A stretch of 64,000 nt of DNA, taken from assembly GCA_963823555.1 (NCBI GenBank), contig CAWGMA010000002.1, forward strand, positions 288,001 through 352,000. The letters are read 5' to 3'. Numbering within the stretch: the stretch's first letter is position 1; every line of letters starts with the position of its first letter. This document shows, piece after piece, positions 39,565 to 49,345 of this stretch. The translations under genes were made by a program, and so were the position numbers. Below the pieces are notes generated by a model, which saw only the letters and a program-made list of their open reading frames with translations, had not been told where the DNA came from and did no database searches. Source of the DNA: Candidatus Eiseniibacteriota bacterium. GTDB taxonomy: Bacteria > Eisenbacteria > RBG-16-71-46 > CAVPCR01.

Positions 39565-40827
39565 ATGTCCGAGCGTCGTGTCATCGTCATCGGGGGTGGG
39601 CCGGCCGGCCTGATGGCCGCCGGCGAGGCCGCCCGTGCCGGTGCCGCGGTCACGCTCTTCGAGAAGATGTCGCGTCCCGCGCGCAAGCTCGGCCTCACCG
39701 GCAAGGGCCGCTGCAACCTCACCCACATCGCGCCGATCCCGGAGTTCATCGACCATTTCGGGCCGAGCGGCGTCTTTCTCCGCCAGGCCTTTGCGCGCTT
39801 CTTTGCCGAGGATCTGATGGCCTTCTTCGAAGGGCAGGGTGTCCGGCTCGTGACCGAGCGCGGCCAGCGCGTCTTCCCGGCAAGCGGTCAGGCAAGAGAT
39901 ATCGTGAATGCGCTGCTGGGCTGGGTGCGCGCGAGCGGGGTGACGCTGCGTGCGCAGTGCCCGGTCGCGGCATTGGGCGTCGACGCCGGCCGCGTATGCG
40001 CCGTGCGGCTCGCCGGCGCCGACGAGGTTCCTGCCGACGCCGTCATCCTCGCGACCGGCGGCGCGTCCTACCCGGCTACCGGATCGACGGGCGACGGCTA
40101 TCGCCTCGCCCGCGCAGCCGGCCACGAAATCGTTCGAGTCCGTCCCTCGCTCGTCCCGCTCGAGACCGCAGGCGATATCGCGCCGCGCCTCCAGGGTCTC
40201 GCTCTCCGCAACGTCACCGCACGTGTCGTGGTCGACGACCAGGTGAGCGCCGAGGCGTTCGGCGAGATGCTCTTCACGCATTTCGGCCTCTCGGGACCGA
40301 TCATCCTCACGCTCAGCCGCACCGTGGTCGATGCGCTGGGTGGAAAGTCGCGCGTCGAGATCGTGATCGATCTCAAGCCCGCGCTCGACGAGGCGAAGCT
40401 CGACGAGCGGATCCGGCGCGACATTCGGGAGCATGGGCGGCGCCCCTACCGAACGCTCCTCAGGGAGATGCTCCCCCGCAAGCTCATACCGGTCTGCGTC
40501 GATGTCACCGGCATCGAGCCCGAGAAACCGAGCAATCAGCTCAACGCTGCCGAGCGCGCGCGGCTCCGCGCCTGGCTCAAAGCCTTCCGCTTCCAGGTGA
40601 CCGGCCATCGGGCCTGGGCGGAAGCGATCATCACCGCCGGCGGCGTCGACACGCGCGAGGTCAATCCGCGCACGATGGAATCGCGGATCATCACCGGCCT
40701 CTATCTCGCCGGCGAGGTGCTCGATCTCGACGGCGATACCGGAGGCTACAACCTGCAAGCGGCTTTCTCGACCGGATGGGTCGCCGGCCGGGCGGCGGGC
40801 ACGGATGCGGCGAGGGCGCCGGGCTGA
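39565..40827 (+). CDS. HI0933/BaiN-family NAD(P)/FAD-dependent oxidoreductase
   Basis: VIGGGPAG, TGKGRCNLT, ATGGASYPATGSTGDGY, LFTHFGLSGP, TAGGV, GGYNLQAAFSTG. Confidence 0.93.
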   Translation: MSERRVIVIGGGPAGLMAAGEAARAGAAVTLFEKMSRPARKLGLTGKGRCNLTHIAPIPEFIDHFGPSGVFLRQAFARFFAEDLMAFFEGQGVRLVTERGQRVFPASGQARDIVNALLGWVRASGVTLRAQCPVAALGVDAGRVCAVRLAGADEVPADAVILATGGASYPATGSTGDGYRLARAAGHEIVRVRPSLVPLETAGDIAPRLQGLALRNVTARVVVDDQVSAEAFGEMLFTHFGLSGPIILTLSRTVVDALGGKSRVEIVIDLKPALDEAKLDERIRRDIREHGRRPYRTLLREMLPRKLIPVCVDVTGIEPEKPSNQLNAAERARLRAWLKAFRFQVTGHRAWAEAIITAGGVDTREVNPRTMESRIITGLYLAGEVLDLDGDTGGYNLQAAFSTGWVAGRAAGTDAARAPG

Positions 40828-40853
40828 CGCTGGTCATCACGACCCGGCGGACT

Positions 40854-41753
40854 TCACTGGCGGAATTCCCTGGCCGGCATCCCGGGCAGCAAGAGGAACA
40901 GGTCCTGGTAGGAATCCCGGACCTGCTCGATCTTGTCGGGCGCTGTGCTCTCCTGGCGGATCGGGAGATGCATCAGGGCGATGTGGTCCGGCTGGATGAT
41001 CTCCTGGAGGAAGCGCGCGCAATCGGGTTCGAGGGGAAACCAGAAATGGACCAGGGCCAGGTCGATCGGAGCGCCACCCAGCCCGAAAGCGCGGTATTCA
41101 GCGCAGTTCCCCGGCGAATCCCCCTCGTGGAAGACACGCCAGCCGTTGACCGCGAAGACATACATGATGTTCATGGGGGCTTCCCGGTTGCCGCTATGCA
41201 GGGTGCGGAGCGCCATGACCGGGATCTCATTCGGTTCCAGCGCCGCCTTCTCCCCGACCTTCATGTCGAGCGCCTTGACGCGGGGCTCGATCTTCGCCCA
41301 GTCCGCGGCCACATTCCGCATCTCCCTCACGGCATCGGTGGGGGCCACCAAGATCGGACCGGGAACCTCCGCCAGGTAGTGGGCGGCCAAGGCTGCGTCG
41401 AAATGATCGGGATGGTCATGAGTGACCAGGACGAGATCCACTCCGTCAAACGGAGCGATGCCCTTCATCATCTTGTCGAGGGTTTCCGCGGACGGGGCCC
41501 GGTACTCCGGATTGGGCCTGTCGAAGAGCGCGTCGACGAGGATCTTGGTTTCCCCGGAAGTGAGCAGAACGCCTTCGTTGGCGACATAGGTGAGAACGAG
41601 CGGCTCCGGCCGGATGATGGCGCCGGGGGAGCCGGGGTCCGTCGCCCGCGCCTCCTGTCCGAAGGCGCTGAGCGCCATCAGCGCGAGCGCCGCCAGGCTG
41701 CGGACAGCCCGGCTTGACCCAAGCCTGGGATTGGGCTCCACTTCGCGCGCCAT
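40854..41753 (-). CDS. Secreted MBL-fold metallo-hydrolase
   Basis: YVANEGVL, ILVDALF, THDHPDHF, FHEGDS, LMH. Confidence 0.88.
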   Translation of the reverse strand: MAREVEPNPRLGSSRAVRSLAALALMALSAFGQEARATDPGSPGAIIRPEPLVLTYVANEGVLLTSGETKILVDALFDRPNPEYRAPSAETLDKMMKGIAPFDGVDLVLVTHDHPDHFDAALAAHYLAEVPGPILVAPTDAVREMRNVAADWAKIEPRVKALDMKVGEKAALEPNEIPVMALRTLHSGNREAPMNIMYVFAVNGWRVFHEGDSPGNCAEYRAFGLGGAPIDLALVHFWFPLEPDCARFLQEIIQPDHIALMHLPIRQESTAPDKIEQVRDSYQDLFLLLPGMPAREFRQ

Positions 41754-41943
41754 GCATTGAGCTTACCACTGTTCGGGCGGGCGATGTCCACCACCGCGAG
41801 CGCCGCGCGTGGCTGCCGACCGATACGCCCCATGCAGCAGTCCGAAGGCGATTTCTCTGGCCATGGGTTCGCCGGATCGGCGAGAGTCTCGTCTTCGGAG
41901 AACGTCGAGATCGCCAGCTGGATGCGGAGAGCAGGCAAGCGCA

Positions 41944-43470
41944 ATGAACCCACGCGACGTGGCTGTCGACAGCCGGCACACGAGCGGCATCGGTCGCCGC
42001 AACTCTCTGCTCGCCATCCTCGTCGTGGCGGCAGGCGCCGCGGTGCGCCTGCGCCTGTATCTCGCCGCATGGCCCTTCCGGTTCGACGAGCTCAGGGTCG
42101 CATACAACCTGATCGAGCGGTCCTTCCTCGGACTGGTGCGCCCTCTCGACCATGGCCAGAGCGCGCCGATCGGTTTCCTGTGGCTCGAGAAGCTCGCGCT
42201 CATTCTCTTCGGGACGAGCGAGCATGCGCTGCGCCTGGTGCCGCTGCTCGCCGGCGTGGCGTCTCTACCCCTGCTGCTGAGCACAGGTCGCCGCGCCGCG
42301 CTCGCCTCGGGGGCGCTCATCGCGGCGTTGCTGATGGCCTTGAGCCCGCCGCTCGTCCTCCGCGCCTGCGATCTCAAGCAGTACTCGACCGATGTCCTCG
42401 CCACCGTCCTCGTGTTGCTCGCCGCCCTGCCGCTCCTGCGTCCGGCGAGCCCAGCTGGAGAGCGCCGCCACCTCATCGCGCTCGCGGCGGCCGGGAGCGC
42501 GGCGTTGTTCTTCTCCCATCCCGCTCTCTTCGTCGTCGCCGCGGTCGGCCTGGCGCTCGCGGCCGACGCCGGGGCCAGGCGGCGATGGACCAGGATGGGC
42601 GCCCTGGCGGTCATCGGTGGCGTCTGGTTCCTGGTCCTCGCCATCCTCTACGTGGTCAACCTGCGCCATCTGCAGGGAAGAGACACCCTCGCCACATGGT
42701 TCGGGCCCGATTTCATGCCCTGGCCCCCGAGCGCGGGCGATCTTCACTGGTACGGCGCCGCCTTCGCGAGCCTCCTGGCATCGCTCGGGTTGACGCATCT
42801 CGTCCTCGGAGCTGTCATGCTGGCTCTCGGCGCCGTGCGGTTCCTGCGGCGCCAGTGGCCCGTCGCGGTCATGCTCGTCGTCCCCATCCTGCTCGCGGCC
42901 GTCGCCTCCGCCTTCCGCAGCTACCCGTTCCAGGGCCGGCTACTGACCTTCACGGCACCGCTCCTGTGTCTCCTGATCGGAGCCGGCTTCAGCGCCATCC
43001 TCGACATGACACCCCGCTATCGGATGCTCGTCGGAGCCATCGTGGTCGTTCCGCTGGCGGCGGGGATGATCGGTGATCTCTTTCGTCTGCCCCGCTGGGG
43101 CGGGGGGCGCTACGACATCGTCACGGTTCTCTGGGAGGTGACGCCGCTCGTCGAGGAGGATGACCTGATCCTGGTCTCGGGCGCCCTGCGTTATCCCTAC
43201 GAATACTATGCGGCCCGCTCCGGGCTCCGTGTGGAGCCGATCATCGTCGAGCTGCCGCTTTCCCCCGGCGATCCGATCCGGAACCTCGAGCTCGCGTCGC
43301 TGCCCGGCCATCGCGCATGGCTGTTCACTCCCCACACGCAGTATGCCGGCCGGGACGAGAGCGGCGATCCGCGTCCGGCCACTCGGGCCATCCTCGACCG
43401 GGTGGGCACCCGCCGGGCCGCCTACGCCGGCGCCAACATGAGCGCCATGCTCTACGAGTTCGCCCCGTGA
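41944..43470 (+). CDS. GT-C (PMT/ArnT-like) membrane glycosyltransferase
   Basis: FRFDE, QSAPIGFL, FGTSEHALRL, LKQYSTD, YPFQGR; many TM helices. Confidence 0.78.
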   Translation: MNPRDVAVDSRHTSGIGRRNSLLAILVVAAGAAVRLRLYLAAWPFRFDELRVAYNLIERSFLGLVRPLDHGQSAPIGFLWLEKLALILFGTSEHALRLVPLLAGVASLPLLLSTGRRAALASGALIAALLMALSPPLVLRACDLKQYSTDVLATVLVLLAALPLLRPASPAGERRHLIALAAAGSAALFFSHPALFVVAAVGLALAADAGARRRWTRMGALAVIGGVWFLVLAILYVVNLRHLQGRDTLATWFGPDFMPWPPSAGDLHWYGAAFASLLASLGLTHLVLGAVMLALGAVRFLRRQWPVAVMLVVPILLAAVASAFRSYPFQGRLLTFTAPLLCLLIGAGFSAILDMTPRYRMLVGAIVVVPLAAGMIGDLFRLPRWGGGRYDIVTVLWEVTPLVEEDDLILVSGALRYPYEYYAARSGLRVEPIIVELPLSPGDPIRNLELASLPGHRAWLFTPHTQYAGRDESGDPRPATRAILDRVGTRRAAYAGANMSAMLYEFAP

Positions 43471-44921
43471 GGGCGCCGGCGGTAGACGCCACGTAGCCGG
43501 CGACCCAGCATCAGCCACAGCATCCCCCAGAACGTGTGGAAGTTCTGGTACTTCCGGTACATCGAGTAGCTGCGCGGCATGTAGTGCACCGGGACCTCGA
43601 TGATCCGTTCGCGTGCCTCCAGGAGCTCGATCATCATCTCGGCTGAGAACTCGGGGCCCGTGGCCACGAGGTTGGACTGGATCATGTCCAGGGAGCTCCG
43701 CCACACCGCCCGCAGGGTGCAGCCCACATCGGTGAAGCGGCAATCGAACCGCCACCACAGGAGCTCCATGAGCTTCGCCAGGATGATGTTGGCCAGGCGC
43801 ACGATGCCGCGCATCTGGGAGCCCCGGCTGATCAGCTGCCGCGTCGTGCGCGTCCCGATCACCATGTCGGCGTCCGGCAAGTAGGCGAGCAGCTTGGCCA
43901 CATCGCGAGCCGGATAGGAGTAGTTGGCGTCGGTGAGCATGATGACATCACCCGGAAGCTGGGCGAGGGCATACCGGAGCTTCTCGCCGTATCGAGTCAG
44001 CCGCGGCGGACAGCGGATCACACGGACACCGCTATCCGCGATCAGGGCTGTGACCGAGTTGTCGTGCGGGACCACGACAGCCAGGCGATGGATGCGTCCT
44101 TGCCGCCGGTACTGGGCGATGGTCAGGTTGATATCCGTTTCGTCGCCCTCGCTGTAGATGAGGAGGGAGACATCGACGGACTCGAGCAGCTTCTGCCGCG
44201 TATGGTACTTGGCGAGCTGGAGAGAATCGCGATCGTTGATGTTGACGTAGGTGCCCTCGATGCGGAAATGCCGGATGCGCTCTCCCTCCGCGCACAGCCG
44301 ACCCAGTTCGCCGACCAGATCCACGCCGCCTTCGCCCACCTGGGCGAAGGCCTCTTCGAGGATGGTGAACAGGCGCGGATGGAACACGAAGGTGCCTGTT
44401 CCCAGCAGGCGGTTGGGGATTGCGGTGGGCTTCTCGATCAGGCGCGTGACGCGATCGCCCTCCAGCTCGACCGAGTAGTTGCGTCGGATCACATCGTCAT
44501 CGTCCACCTCGAGCACGCCGCAGGTGGCCAGGGCATCACGGTAGGGGAAGGTCGCGAGGGCTCCGTGGTTGGTGTCGATGTAACACTCATCGGACAGCAT
44601 CACGCAAAAGTAGTCGTCGACGTAGCGGCGGGCGAGCAGCACCGAGTAAGCGAGGCCGCGCTCGATGGCATCGTTGTGGACATAGCGGATACGCACGCCG
44701 AGCTGGCTGCCGTCCCCGAAGTGGCCCTGGATCTGGTCGCCGAAGGGGCCGATCACGATGCAGATGTCGCGTATGCCCAGGGCGTCTCGCATGATGGTCA
44801 GATTGCGCTCGATATTGGGCACGCCGTTGATGCGGAGCATGCCCTTGGGGGTGTTGTGCGTGTAAGGGTAGGCGCGGGTGCCGCGCCCTGCCGCCGGTAT
44901 CACCCCCTGGAGCGTTGCCAT
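43452..44921 (-). CDS. Sugar-phosphate nucleotidyltransferase fused to a C-terminal GT2-like domain
   Basis: GVIPAAGRGTRAYPYTHNTPKGML, GLAYSV, LIEKP; then TDANYSYP, VIGTRT, FTDVGC, IEVPVHY. Confidence 0.85.
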   Translation of the reverse strand: MATLQGVIPAAGRGTRAYPYTHNTPKGMLRINGVPNIERNLTIMRDALGIRDICIVIGPFGDQIQGHFGDGSQLGVRIRYVHNDAIERGLAYSVLLARRYVDDYFCVMLSDECYIDTNHGALATFPYRDALATCGVLEVDDDDVIRRNYSVELEGDRVTRLIEKPTAIPNRLLGTGTFVFHPRLFTILEEAFAQVGEGGVDLVGELGRLCAEGERIRHFRIEGTYVNINDRDSLQLAKYHTRQKLLESVDVSLLIYSEGDETDINLTIAQYRRQGRIHRLAVVVPHDNSVTALIADSGVRVIRCPPRLTRYGEKLRYALAQLPGDVIMLTDANYSYPARDVAKLLAYLPDADMVIGTRTTRQLISRGSQMRGIVRLANIILAKLMELLWWRFDCRFTDVGCTLRAVWRSSLDMIQSNLVATGPEFSAEMMIELLEARERIIEVPVHYMPRSYSMYRKYQNFHTFWGMLWLMLGRRLRGVYRRRPHGANS

Positions 44922-44945
44922 GTCCAGCCTGTGCCCTCCGGTGAA

Positions 44946-45629
44946 TCAGCCGAGCAAGCGATAGCGGACCAGGAGCCAGAAGAACTTCGTGGTCTCGGTC
45001 AGGTGGCGCATCTTCGAGGCGCCACCCTGGCGCGGTGCGTAGGCGATCGGGATCTCGGCGATGCGGATTCCCCGGCGCGAGAGCTTCACCCCGAGCTCCA
45101 GCACGTGCTCGAAGCCCTTGCGCTCGAGCACCATGCCATCGACCGCCGACCGGCGCAACGCCTTGCATCCGGTATAGAGGTCGGTGAGGCGCTGACCGAA
45201 GAGGATGTTGTAGAGCGTGGTGATCATGCGGTTGCCGATGCGACGGAGCCACGGCATCTGGAGCTCGCGCGGGTCGAGGAAGCGGCTCGTATACACGGCT
45301 TCATGGCGCTCCAGCTCGCGCACCAGCGCTGGAATCGCCTCCGGAGGGTATTCGCAGTCGGCGTCGATGATGATCAGGGCCTCCGCGGTCGAGCGGGCGA
45401 TCCCATCGATGATCGAGCCGCCGTAGCCTTCGTTCCGCTCGTGCTCGATGACGGTCGCATCGGGGAGGGATCTGAGGATGGGGAGAGTACGATCCGTCGA
45501 GGCATTGTCCACGAACAGCAGGCGCAGCGGCAACGGCAGGCTTTGCACGCGGGCGAGGAACTGCGGTAGCAGTTGCTCCTCGTTGAGCACAGGCACGATG
45601 ACATCCACCGCCGGGAACGAAACAGGCAT
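44946..45629 (-). CDS. GT2 glycosyltransferase (DPM1-like)
   Basis: IVPVLNEE, VDNASTDRT, NEGYGG, IDADCEY, TDLYTGCK, EIPIAY. Confidence 0.9.
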   Translation of the reverse strand: MPVSFPAVDVIVPVLNEEQLLPQFLARVQSLPLPLRLLFVDNASTDRTLPILRSLPDATVIEHERNEGYGGSIIDGIARSTAEALIIIDADCEYPPEAIPALVRELERHEAVYTSRFLDPRELQMPWLRRIGNRMITTLYNILFGQRLTDLYTGCKALRRSAVDGMVLERKGFEHVLELGVKLSRRGIRIAEIPIAYAPRQGGASKMRHLTETTKFFWLLVRYRLLG

Positions 45630-45759
45630 CGAGCGCGCTCTCCTGGAAGTCTGGCGCCGGCTGAATGAATCGCGGGCGAGTGTAACCTCCCGCTGCCGCG
45701 ATCTCAACAGGGCCAGGTGATGGACTCGCCGTCTCCGGAGCGAGCGCGGATCCCGCCGA

Positions 45760-46761
45760 TCAGCTTCGCGGTTCGAGCGGAATCCCGTCCTCGAACGTGA
45801 ACCCCCCGGTGAGAACCCGGGCGCCCTCGGGAGCCTCGTCCGCCGGCAGACGCTCGCTCTCGACGTACTTCGTGCCGTCGAAGGTGTGCCTGACGTAGGA
45901 CGCCGGCGCGCCGCCGCCCGATTCGAGACGGATGAGATCATGCCAGCCCGCGGTCTTCCGGGGCGAGACGATCACGGGCTCGCGACTGATCGGAAAGTCG
46001 TTGACCAGGGTGTAGCCGTCGGCCGGATGGGTGAACACGAGGAGGTTGCAGCCGCCGGTTCCACAGAAGATCGAGCCCAGGAGATAGACGAGCACCTCGT
46101 CCTCACCGTCCTCGTTCAGATCGATCCGGCCATACACGTATCGCGCGCGACCGACACTCGATTCGATGTCGATGATCTCGTGCCGGTAATCAGGGAACTC
46201 ACGCCGGATTGCTGTCTCGAGGGCGGCATCGGGCTCCGTGAGGAAATGGCCTTCATCCGGCTCCCACGCATAGATGCCGCCGTCGGCCATGAGGCTCAGG
46301 TAGAGACGGTCGCCTTCGAACCGGTAAGAACGGACGTAGGCGGCGTCCGCGCTCACGCGCTCGTCGAGGCTTCCCGGCGGGCAGATGGCCTGCGTGGTCG
46401 CCAGCGGGCCGAACTCGAAGCGACCGCCCGCGCCGTCGGCGCCGGCCTCGGCGGACCAGGTACCGTTGGCGCGATTGCAGTCGAGACGCAGGTTGACGGT
46501 GCCGTCGCGGTTCAGCCGCATCGTGTAGACAGACGGGTCGTCGGGGCGGACAGTGCCCACGGCATCGTCCATCGACTGGATCTCCACCAGCCGCCAGACC
46601 GTCCCCGCGAACTGGCTCGGCGTCGCTTGCGGGGCGTCGCCGCTTACCTCACGCTTGGGCGGCTCGGCTCCCCGTTCGGACTGCTGTGCACTACAGCTGG
46701 AGAGAGCGACGGTGGATAGCAGAATCACGGCAGCGGTCCAGCTGCGGAGGGCTCGATTCAT
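45760..46761 (-). CDS. META/HslJ-domain lipoprotein with a second CGTGGC-containing domain
   Basis: Lipobox ALSSC; FAGTVWRLV..DCNRANG..FGPLATTQAICPPGSL; DLNEDGEDE..FCGTGGC. Confidence 0.82.
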   Translation of the reverse strand: MNRALRSWTAAVILLSTVALSSCSAQQSERGAEPPKREVSGDAPQATPSQFAGTVWRLVEIQSMDDAVGTVRPDDPSVYTMRLNRDGTVNLRLDCNRANGTWSAEAGADGAGGRFEFGPLATTQAICPPGSLDERVSADAAYVRSYRFEGDRLYLSLMADGGIYAWEPDEGHFLTEPDAALETAIRREFPDYRHEIIDIESSVGRARYVYGRIDLNEDGEDEVLVYLLGSIFCGTGGCNLLVFTHPADGYTLVNDFPISREPVIVSPRKTAGWHDLIRLESGGGAPASYVRHTFDGTKYVESERLPADEAPEGARVLTGGFTFEDGIPLEPRS

Positions 46762-46952
46762 CGGTTGCTCTCCCCTCAATGGCTTGCGGAGTATCTGGTG
46801 CACCCTGCAGGGACACCCCGAGCCCGGGGCGGCTCCACGGAGCTCGAGAACGGGGAATCGTAGCGCCCAGCGTGGCCGTAGTGCAATCCGGCTCGCGCTG
46901 CTCCGCCGGCGCGATGGGCTCTGTGGTGACCGCCCTTCCGCCTGGCGGGCGC

Positions 46953-47942
46953 TTACCCGCGGGCCGCTCTCCTCCGTGCCCGGCGCCGCGCCTGGTGGCG
47001 CCGCTCGGCGGCCCACTTCTGGCGGATGGCATCGCGCATCCAGGTCCACTGCATCCGCGCCCACTCGCCGCGGCCGAGCCGATCGGTCCCGCGCTCCTCA
47101 CGCAGGTAGTCGAGCAGCTCGCTCAGGTTCGGGAACCATCCCCGGCGTGCGGAGAGCTCTGTCAGCAGGCGCTCGACCTCGGGGTTGATCCGACCATCAC
47201 GAAAGAAGTGCTTGGCGAGGTGAGTGGCCACGATGCACACGCCGCCCTCATGCTCCAGACGTTCCTGCCGTTTTGAGCCGATCAGGCGGATGAACTCGTG
47301 GACGTCGTCGGCGTTGGCGGCGGAGAACCACCACCGGATCAGGGGCCGCGCTGGATCGTGATAGGGGAGGGTGGGATTCACGGCGCGGACGTTGATGCCG
47401 TCGAAGACAAGGTTACGCACGTACGTGACATGCGACCGGCAGAGATCTCCCCACCAGTAGTCCGAGCCTGCGATATGACCCTGGTAGTGATCGGCGGGTA
47501 ACGAGCTCCGGCGCAGCATCATCTTGAGCAAGGGATCATCGACCCGCTCCGGACCCCAGTACAGGTTGTCCCGGTTCTCGGCGTGATTGATGTGCACGCG
47601 CGGGTAGGCGCCGAAGACGGAGCGAAACCGCTCGAGCGCGAGCTGGGTCTTCTCCCGCGGGCTCGACACCATCGATGCGCCGTGCATGGCGATCTCGAAG
47701 CCGCGCTGCTGGAGATCCACGACGAAGGCCACGTATTCCTCATCCTCGAGGGTCTGCGAGATGTCGTAGACGTTCTGCTCGCCGCCGCTCGCGAGCGGCC
47801 ACACCGACTTGGCGGCGCGGATGCCGAGATTCTCGAGGAGGCGGTAGACCGGTTCGACCGTCTCCACCCGCGCCATGTCGGTGTCGTCGCAGATCACGAA
47901 GGCGAAGCGCTTGCCGCCGGGAAAGGTGAGTTTGGCCGCCAT
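46953..47942 (-). CDS. Polysaccharide deacetylase-like (NodB-fold) protein
   Basis: FAFVICDDTD, GFEIAMHG, HINH..N..NLYWG, CIVATH. Confidence 0.65.
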   Translation of the reverse strand: MAAKLTFPGGKRFAFVICDDTDMARVETVEPVYRLLENLGIRAAKSVWPLASGGEQNVYDISQTLEDEEYVAFVVDLQQRGFEIAMHGASMVSSPREKTQLALERFRSVFGAYPRVHINHAENRDNLYWGPERVDDPLLKMMLRRSSLPADHYQGHIAGSDYWWGDLCRSHVTYVRNLVFDGINVRAVNPTLPYHDPARPLIRWWFSAANADDVHEFIRLIGSKRQERLEHEGGVCIVATHLAKHFFRDGRINPEVERLLTELSARRGWFPNLSELLDYLREERGTDRLGRGEWARMQWTWMRDAIRQKWAAERRHQARRRARRRAARG

Positions 47943-47943
47943 G

Positions 47944-49101
47944 TCAGAACGCCTCATCGGCATCCGAGTCGCCGCGCGTGAGCCACCAGGCATCGAGCGC
48001 GCGGGGAAGCGCCGGTCCTGCCGCAGGGGTACGGGCCATGAAGTGCACGTTTCCCGCCACCGGCACGTAGGCGCGCCGGCGGAGGAGGGGCGCAAGAGAG
48101 GCGTGGCTCGCGGTGGCGAGCAGAGCGTCGGCGCCTGCGCCGCGCGCCGCAGCCTCGGCTGCGGCCAGGAGGGCGAGGAGGATGTCGGGCCGGTCGGCGG
48201 AGGCGACGAGCTCGGAGAGGACGGCGACGCGAATGCCGCGGAGCCGCGGATCGCCGCTCGCGCTCGGCTTGCGCACGACGGCGAGCCCCTCCACGCGCTG
48301 GCTCGAGCGCAGGGCCACCGGCAAGTACGATTGAGCATGCCGGTCGCCATAACGCCACGAGAGATACTCCCCGTTGCGGACGATCGATGCGGCGATCGAC
48401 TGCCGGGCGCGCGACCAGAGGTCATCGAGCTCCGCCGGCACCAGGGACGCCGGCTGCTCCACGGCGAAGCGCCCGCCACGCCCCCGGGCACGGGTCCAGA
48501 GCCCGGCGGCGCCGCGGAAGGCCCCGCCCGCGATATCGGCCAGCGGCCGCTGCTGGGCGGCGCGGAAGAGCGGCTGGAGGGGGCGCGGTATCGACGAGAG
48601 GCCGACCGTACCGAGGTCCACGGCGCGCAGGACGCGCGTTGGATCGAGGAGCCGCATGTGATTCGGAATGGCGCCCAGATCCATGAACCCATGCGCGGTG
48701 AAGAGCCGGCGCGCTGCCTGCTCCACGACCAGAGCCATGGCCAGCCCGAGCTGCCGCGTCGCCTCCTTGAGGACGAGAAACCCGATGGGTCCGTTCTGAT
48801 GAGCGGGAAGCACCCAGAGACCCTTGAACCAGTAGGCAGGGTGCTCGCTGCCTCCGCTCCAGACCCGGACCGGGATCGTGCCCAGGTGGCCGAGCGCCTC
48901 CCCTCCCTTCAAGAAGATGAAGGTCGGCGGTGCTTCGCCGGGAGTGATCGGGTTGGATGCCGCGGCTGCTTCGCGATTTCGCCGGATGGTCTCGGCCGTG
49001 ACGTCCTGTCCCCAGGCGGTGGAGTAGAAGGCGGCGAGGGCAGCCGCCGAATCATCATCGACGCGAATCACGCGCGCGGCACCCTGTGTCACCGGATCCA
49101 T
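47944..49101 (-). CDS. GNAT-family acyltransferase (double GNAT)
   Basis: GHLGTIP..WFKGLWVLPAHQNGPIG; R...YLSWRY; C-terminal TRGDSD. Confidence 0.7.
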   Translation of the reverse strand: MDPVTQGAARVIRVDDDSAAALAAFYSTAWGQDVTAETIRRNREAAAASNPITPGEAPPTFIFLKGGEALGHLGTIPVRVWSGGSEHPAYWFKGLWVLPAHQNGPIGFLVLKEATRQLGLAMALVVEQAARRLFTAHGFMDLGAIPNHMRLLDPTRVLRAVDLGTVGLSSIPRPLQPLFRAAQQRPLADIAGGAFRGAAGLWTRARGRGGRFAVEQPASLVPAELDDLWSRARQSIAASIVRNGEYLSWRYGDRHAQSYLPVALRSSQRVEGLAVVRKPSASGDPRLRGIRVAVLSELVASADRPDILLALLAAAEAAARGAGADALLATASHASLAPLLRRRAYVPVAGNVHFMARTPAAGPALPRALDAWWLTRGDSDADEAF

Positions 49102-49117
49102 GGAGCTCGCCGCGCGG

Positions 49118-49345
49118 CTACCAGACCGCACCCTGCGTGCGGAGGATGTCCTTGATCGTCTTCAAGTCGCTCATCCTGAGCGTGTCGTCCGCCGAGAAGG
49201 AGATGCCGTACGTCGATTCGAGCTCGACGACGAGGACCATGTGACCGAGCGAATCCCAGGCGGGAAGCGTGCGGTTCGATGTCGTCTCAGTGATCTCCGA
49301 GACCGGAACCCCGAAGACCTTCGCCACCACTTCTTCCGGAGTCAT
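49118..49345 (-). CDS. Acyl carrier protein
   Basis: 75 aa; WDSLGHMVLVVELESTYGISF phosphopantetheine Ser motif. Confidence 0.9.
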   Translation of the reverse strand: MTPEEVVAKVFGVPVSEITETTSNRTLPAWDSLGHMVLVVELESTYGISFSADDTLRMSDLKTIKDILRTQGAVW

